NCBI GenBank assembly: GCA_050011565.1
Contig: JBEKIW010000001.1
Span: 1-64,000 of the forward strand
Reading direction: 5' to 3'
DNA length: 64,000 bases
From: Dehalococcoidia bacterium
GTDB lineage: Bacteria > Chloroflexota > Dehalococcoidia > GIF9 > UBA5629
The stretch's first letter is position 1; each line of letters opens with the position of its first letter. A model generated the notes under the pieces. The model searched no databases, was not told the DNA's origin, and saw only the letters and a program-made list of their open reading frames with translations. Positions 19,703 through 29,671 of the stretch are shown here, piece by piece. The position numbers and the translations under genes were made by a program.

Positions 19703-20476
19703 GTGCTGAGGACAACTGTGGGATTGGTAAAAGATATGGTTTATAGGTCATCCAGGGCTTATGAATCGGTGCAGCTAGCAGATGGCTTTTACTGCTATAT
19801 CTGGCAGGGGACCGGCAATAACTGCAATACTTGTTTGTTTACTGACGCGCTACGGGGTGAACGCCCCCATATCATTGTCGACCCGGGACATATAACTAAC
19901 GAGTTCGGGGAGACCTGCTTTGACTACTTGATTAAAGCCATTGAGGAGAACGGCTTTAGGGTTGATGATGTTGGATTGATAATAAACACTCATAGCCATC
20001 TCGACCACTGCCAGGCGAACGAGCTGGTGGTCCAAAAAAGCGGTGCCTGGATTACCTTGTCCGAAGAGGAAGATGAATTTCGACATACTTCAGGAGAAAG
20101 ACTATATTCTATGTTAGGGGCGAAAGTTCCGCAGTTCACGTCTCTTTTTTACCTTAAAGAAGGAGACCTGAATCTAGGTGCTAAAAACAAAGTCGAGCTC
20201 CGGATTATTCTTACGCCAGGTCATTCTCCGGGCTCAGTTTGTCTTTACTGGCCGGATAAAAAGATTTTGATAACCGGGGATGTGGTATTTTACGGCAGTA
20301 TAGGCCGGACGGATTTCCCCGGCGGTAGCCTTTCTTTGCTTAAGAAAAGCGTAGAGCGATTGTCACAGCTAGACGTGGAGTGTCTAGTTCCCGGGCATAG
20401 CACCGAATATGGGAATGTTGTTAAAGGCAAAACGAATGTGCAGCGTAATTTTCAGGCAGTTAAACTGTTTCTCTAG
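19703..20476 (+). CDS. MBL-fold metallo-hydrolase
   Basis: THSHLDH, TPGHSPGS, TGD, GRTDFPGG, PGH. Confidence 0.92.
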   Translation: MLRTTVGLVKDMVYRSSRAYESVQLADGFYCYIWQGTGNNCNTCLFTDALRGERPHIIVDPGHITNEFGETCFDYLIKAIEENGFRVDDVGLIINTHSHLDHCQANELVVQKSGAWITLSEEEDEFRHTSGERLYSMLGAKVPQFTSLFYLKEGDLNLGAKNKVELRIILTPGHSPGSVCLYWPDKKILITGDVVFYGSIGRTDFPGGSLSLLKKSVERLSQLDVECLVPGHSTEYGNVVKGKTNVQRNFQAVKLFL

Positions 20477-20489
20477 CGGGTGATTTTTC

Positions 20490-21173
20490 ATGGAAGCTGA
20501 TGAAAAAATTCAGTACGCTGTAGAACATACCGAGGTTGTGAGAGCGCCGATGCAGAGCCTGGCTACATTCGGTACCACAAATATATACTACTATCTCGTT
20601 ACCCAGTTAACGGAATGGGTGAATGTGGTCAGGGAGGGCAGAGTTATTGCCGCCAGGCCTAAGATTGTTACTCCATCTTATCTTGTTAATCTGGAAGGTT
20701 TCAGCTCACAAGCCAGAAAGTTTATAGAGATGATGGCAGAGAGGTACCCGCATGAGCCCGGCATTTTCTACACCTATAAGAATGAGCCAAGGGAGATGAA
20801 TATCGTTTCTGAACCAATCAATGCCGTAATAGACAAAATCAATCAACTCATAGATGACCGGCGAGACCCGTTGACAGCTATTATCAAGGGTGTGGAGGCG
20901 CTGTGGGATGTTTCGTTGCTTAAGTTTACTTACGAGTTGACTACAAGCTCGGTGCAGGCCAATGTGGCTGAATTGGAACAACGTGGTCTTTTTCGCGTCG
21001 ATTCGGCTGGAGTGCCTCGAGATGCCAGGAATCACATTGAGGGACTTTTAGAAAAAACGAAACGGGAGCCGTCTTCGGCACCTGAGCTGGTAGCCGAATT
21101 AAATAAATGGGGCCTGTTTCATGAGTATCAGGATAGATTTCTTAGCATATTTAAAAGAAGAAAAGGTGCCTGA
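20490..21173 (+). CDS. Conserved hypothetical protein
   Basis: 227-aa ORF co-oriented 13 bp after the MBL gene. Confidence 0.7.
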   Translation: MEADEKIQYAVEHTEVVRAPMQSLATFGTTNIYYYLVTQLTEWVNVVREGRVIAARPKIVTPSYLVNLEGFSSQARKFIEMMAERYPHEPGIFYTYKNEPREMNIVSEPINAVIDKINQLIDDRRDPLTAIIKGVEALWDVSLLKFTYELTTSSVQANVAELEQRGLFRVDSAGVPRDARNHIEGLLEKTKREPSSAPELVAELNKWGLFHEYQDRFLSIFKRRKGA

Positions 21174-21392
21174 GCATTCAAGATAGCTGCTATTCGTAAT
21201 CCCCAACCTTTGTCAGTACTACCCCGAGTTTTCGAACCTAAACAAAAAATTTTCTGTAAAAACGCCTAAAAACCTATTGACAGCGATTCTTGCGGCAGTG
21301 GTATAGTACTATGGTCAGGGGTAAATAGTCCCATCATATCTTTGGGGGTAGCGTATTTCTGGGCTATTTCTATTTAGCTAAGGAGGTGTATT

Positions 21393-23060
21393 GTGTCTAA
21401 AGTACTGGAACTTATGCGTAAAGGCAGGAAAGAAGAGCTTTGGCAGATGTGCTGTGGTTTCATTGACCTCAGTCTCGAACAGTTCATGGCTATCCAGAAG
21501 CGGTTGCTGCTGGAGCAGATTGCGCTATTGAAAAACTGTGAGCTGGGCAGGAAGGTGATGCGCGGCGCCATGCCTGAAACAGTAGAGGAATTTAGAGCGC
21601 AGGTGCCTCTGACCAGTTATATTGACTATTGTCCCGAACTATTAGAGCGGCGAGAGGATGTCCTGCCGGGGAAGGTAGCCAGATGGGTACGCACATCGGG
21701 CAGGTCAGGCGAATATTCAGCCAAGTGGGTGCCAATGTCCGAAGGCTTCTGGCGCGAGCTTTTAATAGTAGGAGGTACACTTGCCGTTCTTGCCCTTTGT
21801 AGATATCGGGGAGATGTCGCCCAAGTTAAAGAACACTTGAACCTGTTGATGACCATGGGGCCACCAGAATATGGTTCAAGAGCTGTAGGTGATTCCGCTC
21901 GAGAGGCGATTAATTTTGATTTTTTACCATCCAATGGAGACGATATGCCTTTTGAAGAGAGGATAAAGGCTGGCTTTGAAGAGGCTTTGTATCGAGGGAT
22001 CGATGGTTTTGCCGGTTTGCCTTTTATCCTGGTTGCTGCAGGGGAGCAATTCAAGCGGCAATCAGGTAAGGTTAACCTACGCCTTGTTTTATCTCACCCT
22101 TCTGCATTGTTTAGGTTGTTGAAAGGACTGGCCAAGAGCAAGATAGCCCATCGTCCGTTATCACCTAAGGACCTATGGAGAATCAAGGGCATTATTGGTA
22201 GTGGCACAGACACCGCGATTTTCAAACGGAGAATCGAGGAGCTGTGGGGACGATATCCGCTTGAGGCCTACGCTGGTACTGAGGGTGGAGTTTACGCTAT
22301 CCAGACCTGGGACTATGACAGTATGACCTTTGTGCCTAGTCTTAGCTTTTTTGAGTTTATCCCTGAGGTGGAGCATTCTAAATGGCAGCTCGATCATTCG
22401 TATCAGCCTAAAACTGTTTTACTCGATGAAGTGAAAGCCGGCGGACTTTACGAAGTTGTTATTACGAACTTTCATGGCGGTGCGCTTGTAAGATTCAGAC
22501 TTGGCGATATGGTCAGGATAACAGCTCTAAGGAACGATAATTTGGGCATTGATATACCACAGCTGGTTTTCGAAAGAAGGGCCGATGACCTCATTGATAT
22601 CGGCTTCATGCGGCTGACGGAAAAGATAATATGGCAGGCCATTGAAAACACAGGTATTCCTTACGCAGATTGGGTGGCGTATAAGGAGATAATCGGTGAA
22701 AGGTCTGTCCTGCATCTCCATCTTGAGCTCAAGGATAATTATATTGCCAGTGAAAAAGGTTTAGCTAAGGCAGTGTATGAGCAAATTAAGAGATTAGATG
22801 ATGGTTTCATTCATGGAGATTTGTCAAGTTTGGAAAGAATCATTGACTTCAAACCAATAGAGGTCACTTTACTGCCTGAAGGAGCCTTCGCAAATTACAT
22901 AGCTCAACGTCGAGCTGAAGGCGCTGATTTGGCTCATTTGAAACCGCCTCACATCAATCCCTCCGAGAAGGTACTTTCTTTGCTTGGGGCCAAGGTAAAG
23001 CTTATGCCTGAGGTGGCGGTTGTGGATGAAGCTAAAACTGAGGCTGTAGCTGGGCGGTAA
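21393..23060 (+). CDS. GH3-family acyl-acid amido synthetase-like protein
   Basis: FRAQVPLTSY.DY, TSGRSG, YAGTEG, FFEFIP, YEVVITNFHGGALVRFRLGDMVRI. Confidence 0.88.
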   Translation: MSKVLELMRKGRKEELWQMCCGFIDLSLEQFMAIQKRLLLEQIALLKNCELGRKVMRGAMPETVEEFRAQVPLTSYIDYCPELLERREDVLPGKVARWVRTSGRSGEYSAKWVPMSEGFWRELLIVGGTLAVLALCRYRGDVAQVKEHLNLLMTMGPPEYGSRAVGDSAREAINFDFLPSNGDDMPFEERIKAGFEEALYRGIDGFAGLPFILVAAGEQFKRQSGKVNLRLVLSHPSALFRLLKGLAKSKIAHRPLSPKDLWRIKGIIGSGTDTAIFKRRIEELWGRYPLEAYAGTEGGVYAIQTWDYDSMTFVPSLSFFEFIPEVEHSKWQLDHSYQPKTVLLDEVKAGGLYEVVITNFHGGALVRFRLGDMVRITALRNDNLGIDIPQLVFERRADDLIDIGFMRLTEKIIWQAIENTGIPYADWVAYKEIIGERSVLHLHLELKDNYIASEKGLAKAVYEQIKRLDDGFIHGDLSSLERIIDFKPIEVTLLPEGAFANYIAQRRAEGADLAHLKPPHINPSEKVLSLLGAKVKLMPEVAVVDEAKTEAVAGR

Positions 23061-23087
23061 TTTTTTAATTTGTTTGAGAATGTAAAG

Positions 23088-23120
23088 GCCGAGGCGGCTG
23101 GTGATTACGGTCGTCTCGGC
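23088..23120 (+). terminator. Stem-loop after the GH3 gene
   Basis: GCCGAGGCGGCTG-loop-CGGTCGTCTCGGC followed by a T-rich tract. Confidence 0.6.
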
Positions 23121-23186
23121 ATTCTATTATTCAAACTATATATTGACCTACGAAGCTTCTATACGAACTCTTTTTACTCCACGTTC

Positions 23187-23215
23187 TTGACAATCTTCTA
23201 AGCTCTATACATAAT
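23187..23215 (+). promoter_or_regulatory. sigma70 promoter of DGC-1
   Basis: TTGACA-17 nt-CATAAT; duplicated at 26388-26416. Confidence 0.7.
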
Positions 23216-23250
23216 TAGCCATATTTAAATAGATAAAGCTAAGGATTTAG

Positions 23251-26200
23251 ATGCCAATTCAATCTGTTATTCCATTAGTTGCCGCGATTGCTTATATACC
23301 GTTATTTGTTGTTCTTAGCCTGAATCGTCCGTGGCATAAGCAACGTTTGCTTCTTTTATCGGTTTTAGTTAGTGGTACGGTTTGGAGCGCTGTAACCTTC
23401 TTGCTCCGAACTGATTTATTTACATTATATAGAATCCAAATATTTAGAATAAGTTTGTGCATTGGCATTTTGTATATAGTTCAGCTTTACTGGTTTTTGA
23501 TGTGTGTCATTGGCGAGCCTGGTGGAATTGGGTTGCTGACGGGCTATATCGCACTATTAGTATTGATTATAGCTTCCGGTCTAGGCTATATACCGCAGAG
23601 TATTAGTTTTAGCGATGGTGCGATTGCACCTCGCTTTGGTTTGTGGATTCTTCTGTTTGCCATACCGATGGTTGAACTTCCAGCTTTGTTCTTATACCCG
23701 GCGGTGTTAAAATTCAGGAATTCGACTAAACCCGAAGAGCGTAACCTCCTATCCTATTTATTTTTAACCATAGCAGTCTTCTTGGTCATCGGCATTATGG
23801 CCTTCTTCACCGCATTCGGAGCAAAGTTTCCTGTTTCCCATTTTGGTAATCTGTTCGTTGCGAGCATTTTGCTGTACTTATCAATCAGGCATAAACTGCT
23901 GAGCATCGAATTCGTTGCCCGCCGTGTGCTTGTCTGGACAAGTTTAGTTATTGTCGGTATCGGTACCTATCTGTCCTTGTTTCTCTTAATTTATTGGCTC
24001 ATTGGTGATGCGTTAGATATGCGTATATTAACTCTGACCTCACTGGCAGGACTTGCTGCTGCTGCCAGTGTTTATATGTTGCAAGATTTATTTTCTAGGA
24101 GTATAGACCGCTTTTTCTATAGAGCGAGGTACGATTACCATAAAAAGTTGCTTACTTTTTTGAGGAATAAACTAACCGACGTTTTTAACCTAGGCGAATT
24201 GAGTGAAGGATTGCTGCCGTTACTCGCTGGCACACTGGGCTGTAAGCAGGCATGTTTGTTACTTCCGGAAGTCGGAGGTGAAGACTTTGTCGGGGAGTTT
24301 AGCCTCTATCAAAGCGATGGCAATTCAACACTTATAATAAAAAAGGATAATCCAGCTTTAGAATGGCTGAGACGGGAGCGTAGATACCTTAGCACAGAAA
24401 ATATGGACATTCTTCCTGAATTCCGTGGTCTCTGGGAGGTGGAAAAAGATGGGCTAAGAGCTATGGAAGTAGAATTACTATTCCCGCTGATAAGCCGGGG
24501 TAACTTGGTTGCTATACTGGCATTAGGCAAAAAGGAATCCAGTAGATATTCGCTTGAGGACGTTAACTTGATTGAGTATGTGACCTCTCAGGTAGCAGGA
24601 AGTTTGGAAAGAGAATATCTTCAAGAGGAACTCAGAAAGCGGGAGCAGGAGCTGTCACTTATTAACCGGCTGTCAAACGTCATTTCTTCCAGCTTGAATA
24701 TACGAGACGTATACGGCGCCTTTATCGCTGAGTTGAAACAGGTAGTGGACGTGAACTGGGCAACAATTGCCCTGATAGAAGGTGACGAACTTCGTTTTGA
24801 AGTACTATCGACTGAAGTAGGCTCAACCTGGCAGGCAGGAGAGAAGATACCGCTTAAGGGCACCGGTACTGAGTGGGTAGCCGATAATAAAAAAGCTCTG
24901 GTTGAACCTGATTTAGCTAAAAACGCGAGGTTTAATACCGGAGAAGAACACTTAAAGTGGGGGATTCGGTCTATCATTTATTTGCCATTGGTAGTAAAAA
25001 ATGAGGCTATAGGCAGTTTAATCATCGCCAGTCGTCAGCCGAATGCGTATACTCCCGGCCAGGTTCGGCTGCTGGAACGACTGGCTTCCCAGATTGCAGT
25101 GCCGGTTGAAAATAGTCGTCTTTATGCTAAAGCTGAGCAGCGTGCCAGGGTTGACGAGCTTACCAGCCTGTTTAACCGCCGCCACTTTGATGAGTGTGTG
25201 AAGTTGGAGATAGACCGCCATGCTCGCTATAGAAGTATGCTGTCTTTGATTCTTCTCGACCTCGATTTTTTCAAAGCCTACAATGATATGAATGGGCATA
25301 CGGCTGGCGATAAGGTTCTGGAATTAATAGGCCGGTTAGTGAACAGCGCGCTGAGAAGCACTGACCTGGCTTTTCGCTACGGCGGCGATGAGTTTGCCAT
25401 CATACTACCGCAGTCGGCATCTAATGACGCCTTTATTGTAGCTGAGAGAGTAAGAGGCAGGATTGCAGCGGAGATGGGCAAGAGGGATATCAAGATAAGC
25501 GCCAGCCTGGGCCTAGCTTCCTGGCCCAGCGACGGAGTGACATCAGACGAGCTGGTGAACGCGGCTGATAGGGCGCTTTACTATGCCAAAGAGACCGGAG
25601 GCAATCGGACTTGTGTTGCTTCCAAGATGCTACCGTCTTTAACTGCGGCTGCCAGTACCAGGACTACAACCGAGAAAGAGGTTTTGAGTATCATCCATAC
25701 CTTAGCGGCAACAATCGAAGCTAAAGACCCGTATACTTATGGCCATTCACGCAAGGTCAGCAGTTATGCCGTATCCCTGGCCGAGGCTATTGGATTGCCC
25801 TCGGAAAAGGTGGCTGTGGTCAGCACTGCCGCTTTGCTTCACGATATCGGTAAGATAGGCATCCCCGATGAAGTGCTCAATAAGGTTGACAAGCTTGAGC
25901 CCGAAGCGTGGGAATTGATTCACGCGCATCCCAAATTATCGACAACTATAGTTGGCCACGTGGTCAGTTTAGTTTCCTGTCTGCCGGCTATACTTCATCA
26001 TCATGAGCGATGGGATGGCGGTGGCTACCCCGCCGGGCTTAAAGGCGAAGAAATCCCGGTTGAGGCTCGTGTCCTGGCTATAGCTGATGCCTTTGATGCC
26101 ATGACGTCATCTCGACCGTATCGCAGTAAGCTATCCTATAAGAAAGTGCTGAAAGAGCTCAAAAGTTGCTCCGGCAGCCAGTTTGACCCGAAGCTGGTTG

Positions 26201-26256
26201 ACGCCTTTTTACCTATTGCCCTATCTGCCGCCCCGGAGGAATCGGCGGTCACGTAA
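23251..26256 (+). CDS. Membrane sensor diguanylate cyclase/phosphodiesterase (7TM-type N-terminus, GAF, GAF, GGDEF, HD-GYP)
   Basis: Multi-TM N-terminus; RSTD I-site plus RYGGDEF; LLHDIGK, HHHERWDGGGYP. Confidence 0.9.
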   Translation: MPIQSVIPLVAAIAYIPLFVVLSLNRPWHKQRLLLLSVLVSGTVWSAVTFLLRTDLFTLYRIQIFRISLCIGILYIVQLYWFLMCVIGEPGGIGLLTGYIALLVLIIASGLGYIPQSISFSDGAIAPRFGLWILLFAIPMVELPALFLYPAVLKFRNSTKPEERNLLSYLFLTIAVFLVIGIMAFFTAFGAKFPVSHFGNLFVASILLYLSIRHKLLSIEFVARRVLVWTSLVIVGIGTYLSLFLLIYWLIGDALDMRILTLTSLAGLAAAASVYMLQDLFSRSIDRFFYRARYDYHKKLLTFLRNKLTDVFNLGELSEGLLPLLAGTLGCKQACLLLPEVGGEDFVGEFSLYQSDGNSTLIIKKDNPALEWLRRERRYLSTENMDILPEFRGLWEVEKDGLRAMEVELLFPLISRGNLVAILALGKKESSRYSLEDVNLIEYVTSQVAGSLEREYLQEELRKREQELSLINRLSNVISSSLNIRDVYGAFIAELKQVVDVNWATIALIEGDELRFEVLSTEVGSTWQAGEKIPLKGTGTEWVADNKKALVEPDLAKNARFNTGEEHLKWGIRSIIYLPLVVKNEAIGSLIIASRQPNAYTPGQVRLLERLASQIAVPVENSRLYAKAEQRARVDELTSLFNRRHFDECVKLEIDRHARYRSMLSLILLDLDFFKAYNDMNGHTAGDKVLELIGRLVNSALRSTDLAFRYGGDEFAIILPQSASNDAFIVAERVRGRIAAEMGKRDIKISASLGLASWPSDGVTSDELVNAADRALYYAKETGGNRTCVASKMLPSLTAAASTRTTTEKEVLSIIHTLAATIEAKDPYTYGHSRKVSSYAVSLAEAIGLPSEKVAVVSTAALLHDIGKIGIPDEVLNKVDKLEPEAWELIHAHPKLSTTIVGHVVSLVSCLPAILHHHERWDGGGYPAGLKGEEIPVEARVLAIADAFDAMTSSRPYRSKLSYKKVLKELKSCSGSQFDPKLVDAFLPIALSAAPEESAVT

Positions 26257-26387
26257 AGCTCGGCGACACAAAAGCAGATTTATAGCACCTGGTAAATGCC
26301 TGCTCCTGGAGAAAACTATAAACCCGAAAGATTATTGGCGAACTGGCGAGCTCTCGACTACAGGCAAGCAACTTCCTTTGATCCCTC

Positions 26388-26416
26388 TTGACAACCTTCG
26401 AAGCTGCGCACATAAT
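26388..26416 (+). promoter_or_regulatory. sigma70 promoter of DGC-2
   Basis: TTGACA-17 nt-CATAAT, paralogous to 23187-23215. Confidence 0.7.
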
Positions 26417-26443
26417 TAGGCAGACGTAGTAAGTACAGAATCG

Positions 26444-28912
26444 ATGAATATCTACGCTGTCCCTCCTTTGCTGGCAGTGATTGCCTATATCCCATTATTT
26501 GGTGTACTGGCGGCCAATCGCCCTTGGAATAAGCAACAAAGGCTATTTGTTTGGTTTCTAATCGCTGCCATGCTCTGGAGCGTCAGTGACGTCTTTTTCC
26601 GCAGCGATTTCTTTATGGCCTATAAGGTTATTCTGGGCAAAATTATTGTTTGTACCTTCACACTGGCAGCAGCGCAGTTTCACTGCTTTATATCTTCCTT
26701 CTATCCACCAAATAAAGGCCGCTGGCTGCTCCTTGCCTATGCTTCCCTGGCCATCATTATCTTTCTGGTGGCGATAGGCTATGTGCCCAAGGACGTTATG
26801 ATTATTGACGGCAAACTATACACCGTGTATGGCAACGGTATTTTCTTAATGGGATTGCCTCTAGCCATCGTGACCGCCAGGAATGTATATTTTTTGAGGC
26901 AGCGATTCAAGACGTCAGAGGACCCCGCACTGCGCAACCAGATGGCTTATTTGTTATTAAGCATCTGTATTTTGCTTGTTGCCGTATCTACGACCTTTAT
27001 TCCCTGGGGAAATGAATATCCGATCAGCCATATAGGCAACCTCATCAATGGTGTTATCCTGACTTATGCAGTCCTCAAACATAGTTTATTAGACTTGAGG
27101 GTTGTTTTACGTCGTGGGCTGGTCTGGATAGGTCTAGTTGCTGTCGGTATTGCTCTCTATTTGGTTTTGTTTTTACTAATCCACTCGTTCAGTGATATCA
27201 GAATAGATGGAAGCACTTTAGTTCTGGCTACACTGGCAGCGATGGTCATTAGTGGTAGTGCTTATTTGTTGCAGGGTTTATTTTCCAGGCGTACAGACAG
27301 GTTGTTCTATCGAGCGCGGTACGAGTACCTCGAAAAACTACGCATTTTTCTAAGGTACAAATTAAACAGCATTCTTAGTCTGGGTGAAATGAGTGAAGAA
27401 TTACTGCCACTGCTGGCGGGGACCTTGCACTGCAAGCAGATACATTTATTTCTTACGGACTCCGCAGATGGTGATTTTGTTGTCCAATTTTCCGAGCCGA
27501 ATAAAGGGAATGTTTCGAAAGTGAGATTAAGCCAGGACAATCCCCTCCTGGAATGGCTGCGACACGAGAATAGATATCTGCTCAGAGAAAATCTGGATAT
27601 CTTTCCGGAACTTTACGGTAGGTGGGGTGAGGAAAGAGATGAGCTAAAAGCTCTGGATATAGAATTACTATTTCCTCTGATAAGTCGCGGTGACTTGATT
27701 GCTATACTGGCTTTAGGAAAAAAAGAATCCGGTAGATATTCACTTGAGGATATAAATTTAGTCGAGACCGTTACCTCTCAGGTGGCAGCTAGTTTAGAAA
27801 GGGAATATCTTCAGGAACAGTTTAGAAAGCACGAGAAAGAACATCTTCAGAAGCAACTTAGAAAGAAAGAACAAGAGCTAGCTTTGATTAACCGGCTGGC
27901 CGCGGTCATCACTTCCAGCTTAAACATAAGAGAGGTATACGGCGCCTTCATAGATGAGCTTAAAGGGGTGGTTGGTGTCGACTGGGCGACGATTGCTCTT
28001 ATAGAGGGCGACGAAATTCGTTTGGAGGTTTTATCCACGGAGGTAGGTTCAGCCTGGCAGGCAGGTGAGAAGATGCGGCTTAAAGGAACAGGCACTGAGT
28101 GGGTTGCCAATCACAAGGAGGCTCTGATTGAGCCAGACCTTGTAAAAAACAGGAAGTTTAGGACAGGCGAAGACCACCTAAAGCAGGGTATTCGGTCGAT
28201 CGTTTACCTGCCGCTGGTGGTGAAAAACAAGGCGATAGGCAGCCTCATTGTCGCCAGTCGTAAGCCTAACGCTTATACTCCCGGGCAAGTTCGGCTCCTG
28301 GAACGCCTGGCTTTTCAAATAGCCATGCCCATTGAGAATAGCCAGCTTTATGCTAGGGCTGAGCAGAGGGCTCGGGTTGATGAGCTTACCAGTTTATTTA
28401 ACCGCCGCCATTTTAATGAATGCATAAAACAAGAGATAGAACGCCATGCCCGCTATAACGGGATGCTGTCTTTGATTCTTCTCGACCTGGATTATTTCAA
28501 AGCCTACAATGATGTGCAGGGGCATACGGCTGGTGATAAGATTCTGGGAATAATAGGGCGTTTAGTGAATGGGGAGATAAGGAATACTGACCTGGCTTTT
28601 CGCTACGGGGGTGATGAGTTTGCCATCATCTTGCCGCAGTCGGCAACTGATGATGCCTTTGTTGTGGCTGAGAGGGTTCGGCGTAGGATCGCAAATGAGA
28701 TGAGCAAAAAGAATATCAGGATAAGTGCCAGCCTAGGCTTGGCTTCCTGGCCCGGTGACGGAGTGACATCAGGGGAACTGGTGAATGCGGCTGACAAGGC
28801 GCTTTATCAGGCCAAGGAGACGGGTGGCAATCGAACAAGCGTTGCTTCTAAGAAACTGCCTTCTATTACCGGAAAGGCTGCTACAAGAGCTAAATCGAGA
28901 GATAGGTTCTGA
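26444..28912 (+). CDS. Membrane sensor diguanylate cyclase (7TM-type, GAF, GAF, GGDEF; no HD-GYP)
   Basis: Paralog of the upstream gene; RNTD I-site plus RYGGDEF; ends just after GGDEF. Confidence 0.9.
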   Translation: MNIYAVPPLLAVIAYIPLFGVLAANRPWNKQQRLFVWFLIAAMLWSVSDVFFRSDFFMAYKVILGKIIVCTFTLAAAQFHCFISSFYPPNKGRWLLLAYASLAIIIFLVAIGYVPKDVMIIDGKLYTVYGNGIFLMGLPLAIVTARNVYFLRQRFKTSEDPALRNQMAYLLLSICILLVAVSTTFIPWGNEYPISHIGNLINGVILTYAVLKHSLLDLRVVLRRGLVWIGLVAVGIALYLVLFLLIHSFSDIRIDGSTLVLATLAAMVISGSAYLLQGLFSRRTDRLFYRARYEYLEKLRIFLRYKLNSILSLGEMSEELLPLLAGTLHCKQIHLFLTDSADGDFVVQFSEPNKGNVSKVRLSQDNPLLEWLRHENRYLLRENLDIFPELYGRWGEERDELKALDIELLFPLISRGDLIAILALGKKESGRYSLEDINLVETVTSQVAASLEREYLQEQFRKHEKEHLQKQLRKKEQELALINRLAAVITSSLNIREVYGAFIDELKGVVGVDWATIALIEGDEIRLEVLSTEVGSAWQAGEKMRLKGTGTEWVANHKEALIEPDLVKNRKFRTGEDHLKQGIRSIVYLPLVVKNKAIGSLIVASRKPNAYTPGQVRLLERLAFQIAMPIENSQLYARAEQRARVDELTSLFNRRHFNECIKQEIERHARYNGMLSLILLDLDYFKAYNDVQGHTAGDKILGIIGRLVNGEIRNTDLAFRYGGDEFAIILPQSATDDAFVVAERVRRRIANEMSKKNIRISASLGLASWPGDGVTSGELVNAADKALYQAKETGGNRTSVASKKLPSITGKAATRAKSRDRF

Positions 28913-28953
28913 ATATCATCCGCAGTAGCGAAGCACGGCAATCTGTAGGGTCT

Positions 28954-29601
28954 CTATTTTCTGACCAAGGCGCATATGTTTCGAGATAAAAATTTGAGCC
29001 GGAATCGATAGGATTTCTCCGGGAATATGCTGAGGATTTCAAAGCCAGTCCGGATCAATGAGCTGCGGAGTTCTGGATAGGTATATAGATAATAGTAGCG
29101 ATAATAAGTTTTTATCCTCGATTTCCAGGGTACATTGATCTCCTTACCTTTTAACCAGAAGCGCGGCTGCCATTTGTTCCACACAGTGATGAAAGCCTCA
29201 CCTCCTGGCTTCAAGACACGCCTGAGTTCCCGGAGAGCCTCTAGTCTTTGCTTATCTCCTCGAATATTGTGGTAGACGGCTACAGCTATGGCACAGTCGA
29301 AGGCGTTATCGGTATATGGTAAAGAAGTGGCATCAGCCAATGTTAACTTTATTTTTAAGTCGAATTTAGCTGCGTACTTTTGCGCTAGTTTCAGCATTTG
29401 CACGGAGAAGTCCAGCCCCCACAGCTCAAAGTTGTTTTTGAAGGGCAGGAAGTCCGGTCCGTGAGCACAACCTATATTCAGGAGCTTGCACCGGTGCCAT
29501 CTGGTTGCTATCTCCTCCAGCTCTGTAATGAAGCGGGACCGATGTCTGAATCGGTACCAGCTTTCGGCTATCGTATCGAAGACTTCTTTGTTTGTTGACA
29601 T
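28954..29601 (-). CDS. Class I SAM methyltransferase, Trm9/ALKBH8-like
   Basis: LNIGCAHG motif I; FDCAIAVAVYHN..RLEALRELRRVLKPGG.A.ITVW; VPW...YRYYY; N-terminal VFDTIA....R. Confidence 0.75.
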   Translation of the reverse strand: MSTNKEVFDTIAESWYRFRHRSRFITELEEIATRWHRCKLLNIGCAHGPDFLPFKNNFELWGLDFSVQMLKLAQKYAAKFDLKIKLTLADATSLPYTDNAFDCAIAVAVYHNIRGDKQRLEALRELRRVLKPGGEAFITVWNKWQPRFWLKGKEINVPWKSRIKTYYRYYYLYTYPELRSSLIRTGFEILSIFPEKSYRFRLKFLSRNICALVRK

Positions 29602-29671
29602 AGCTACAATTTGGTAAACTCTGACCCAGGATGCCCGGTGATTTCGATATCAGATATTAGGAAACCACATA

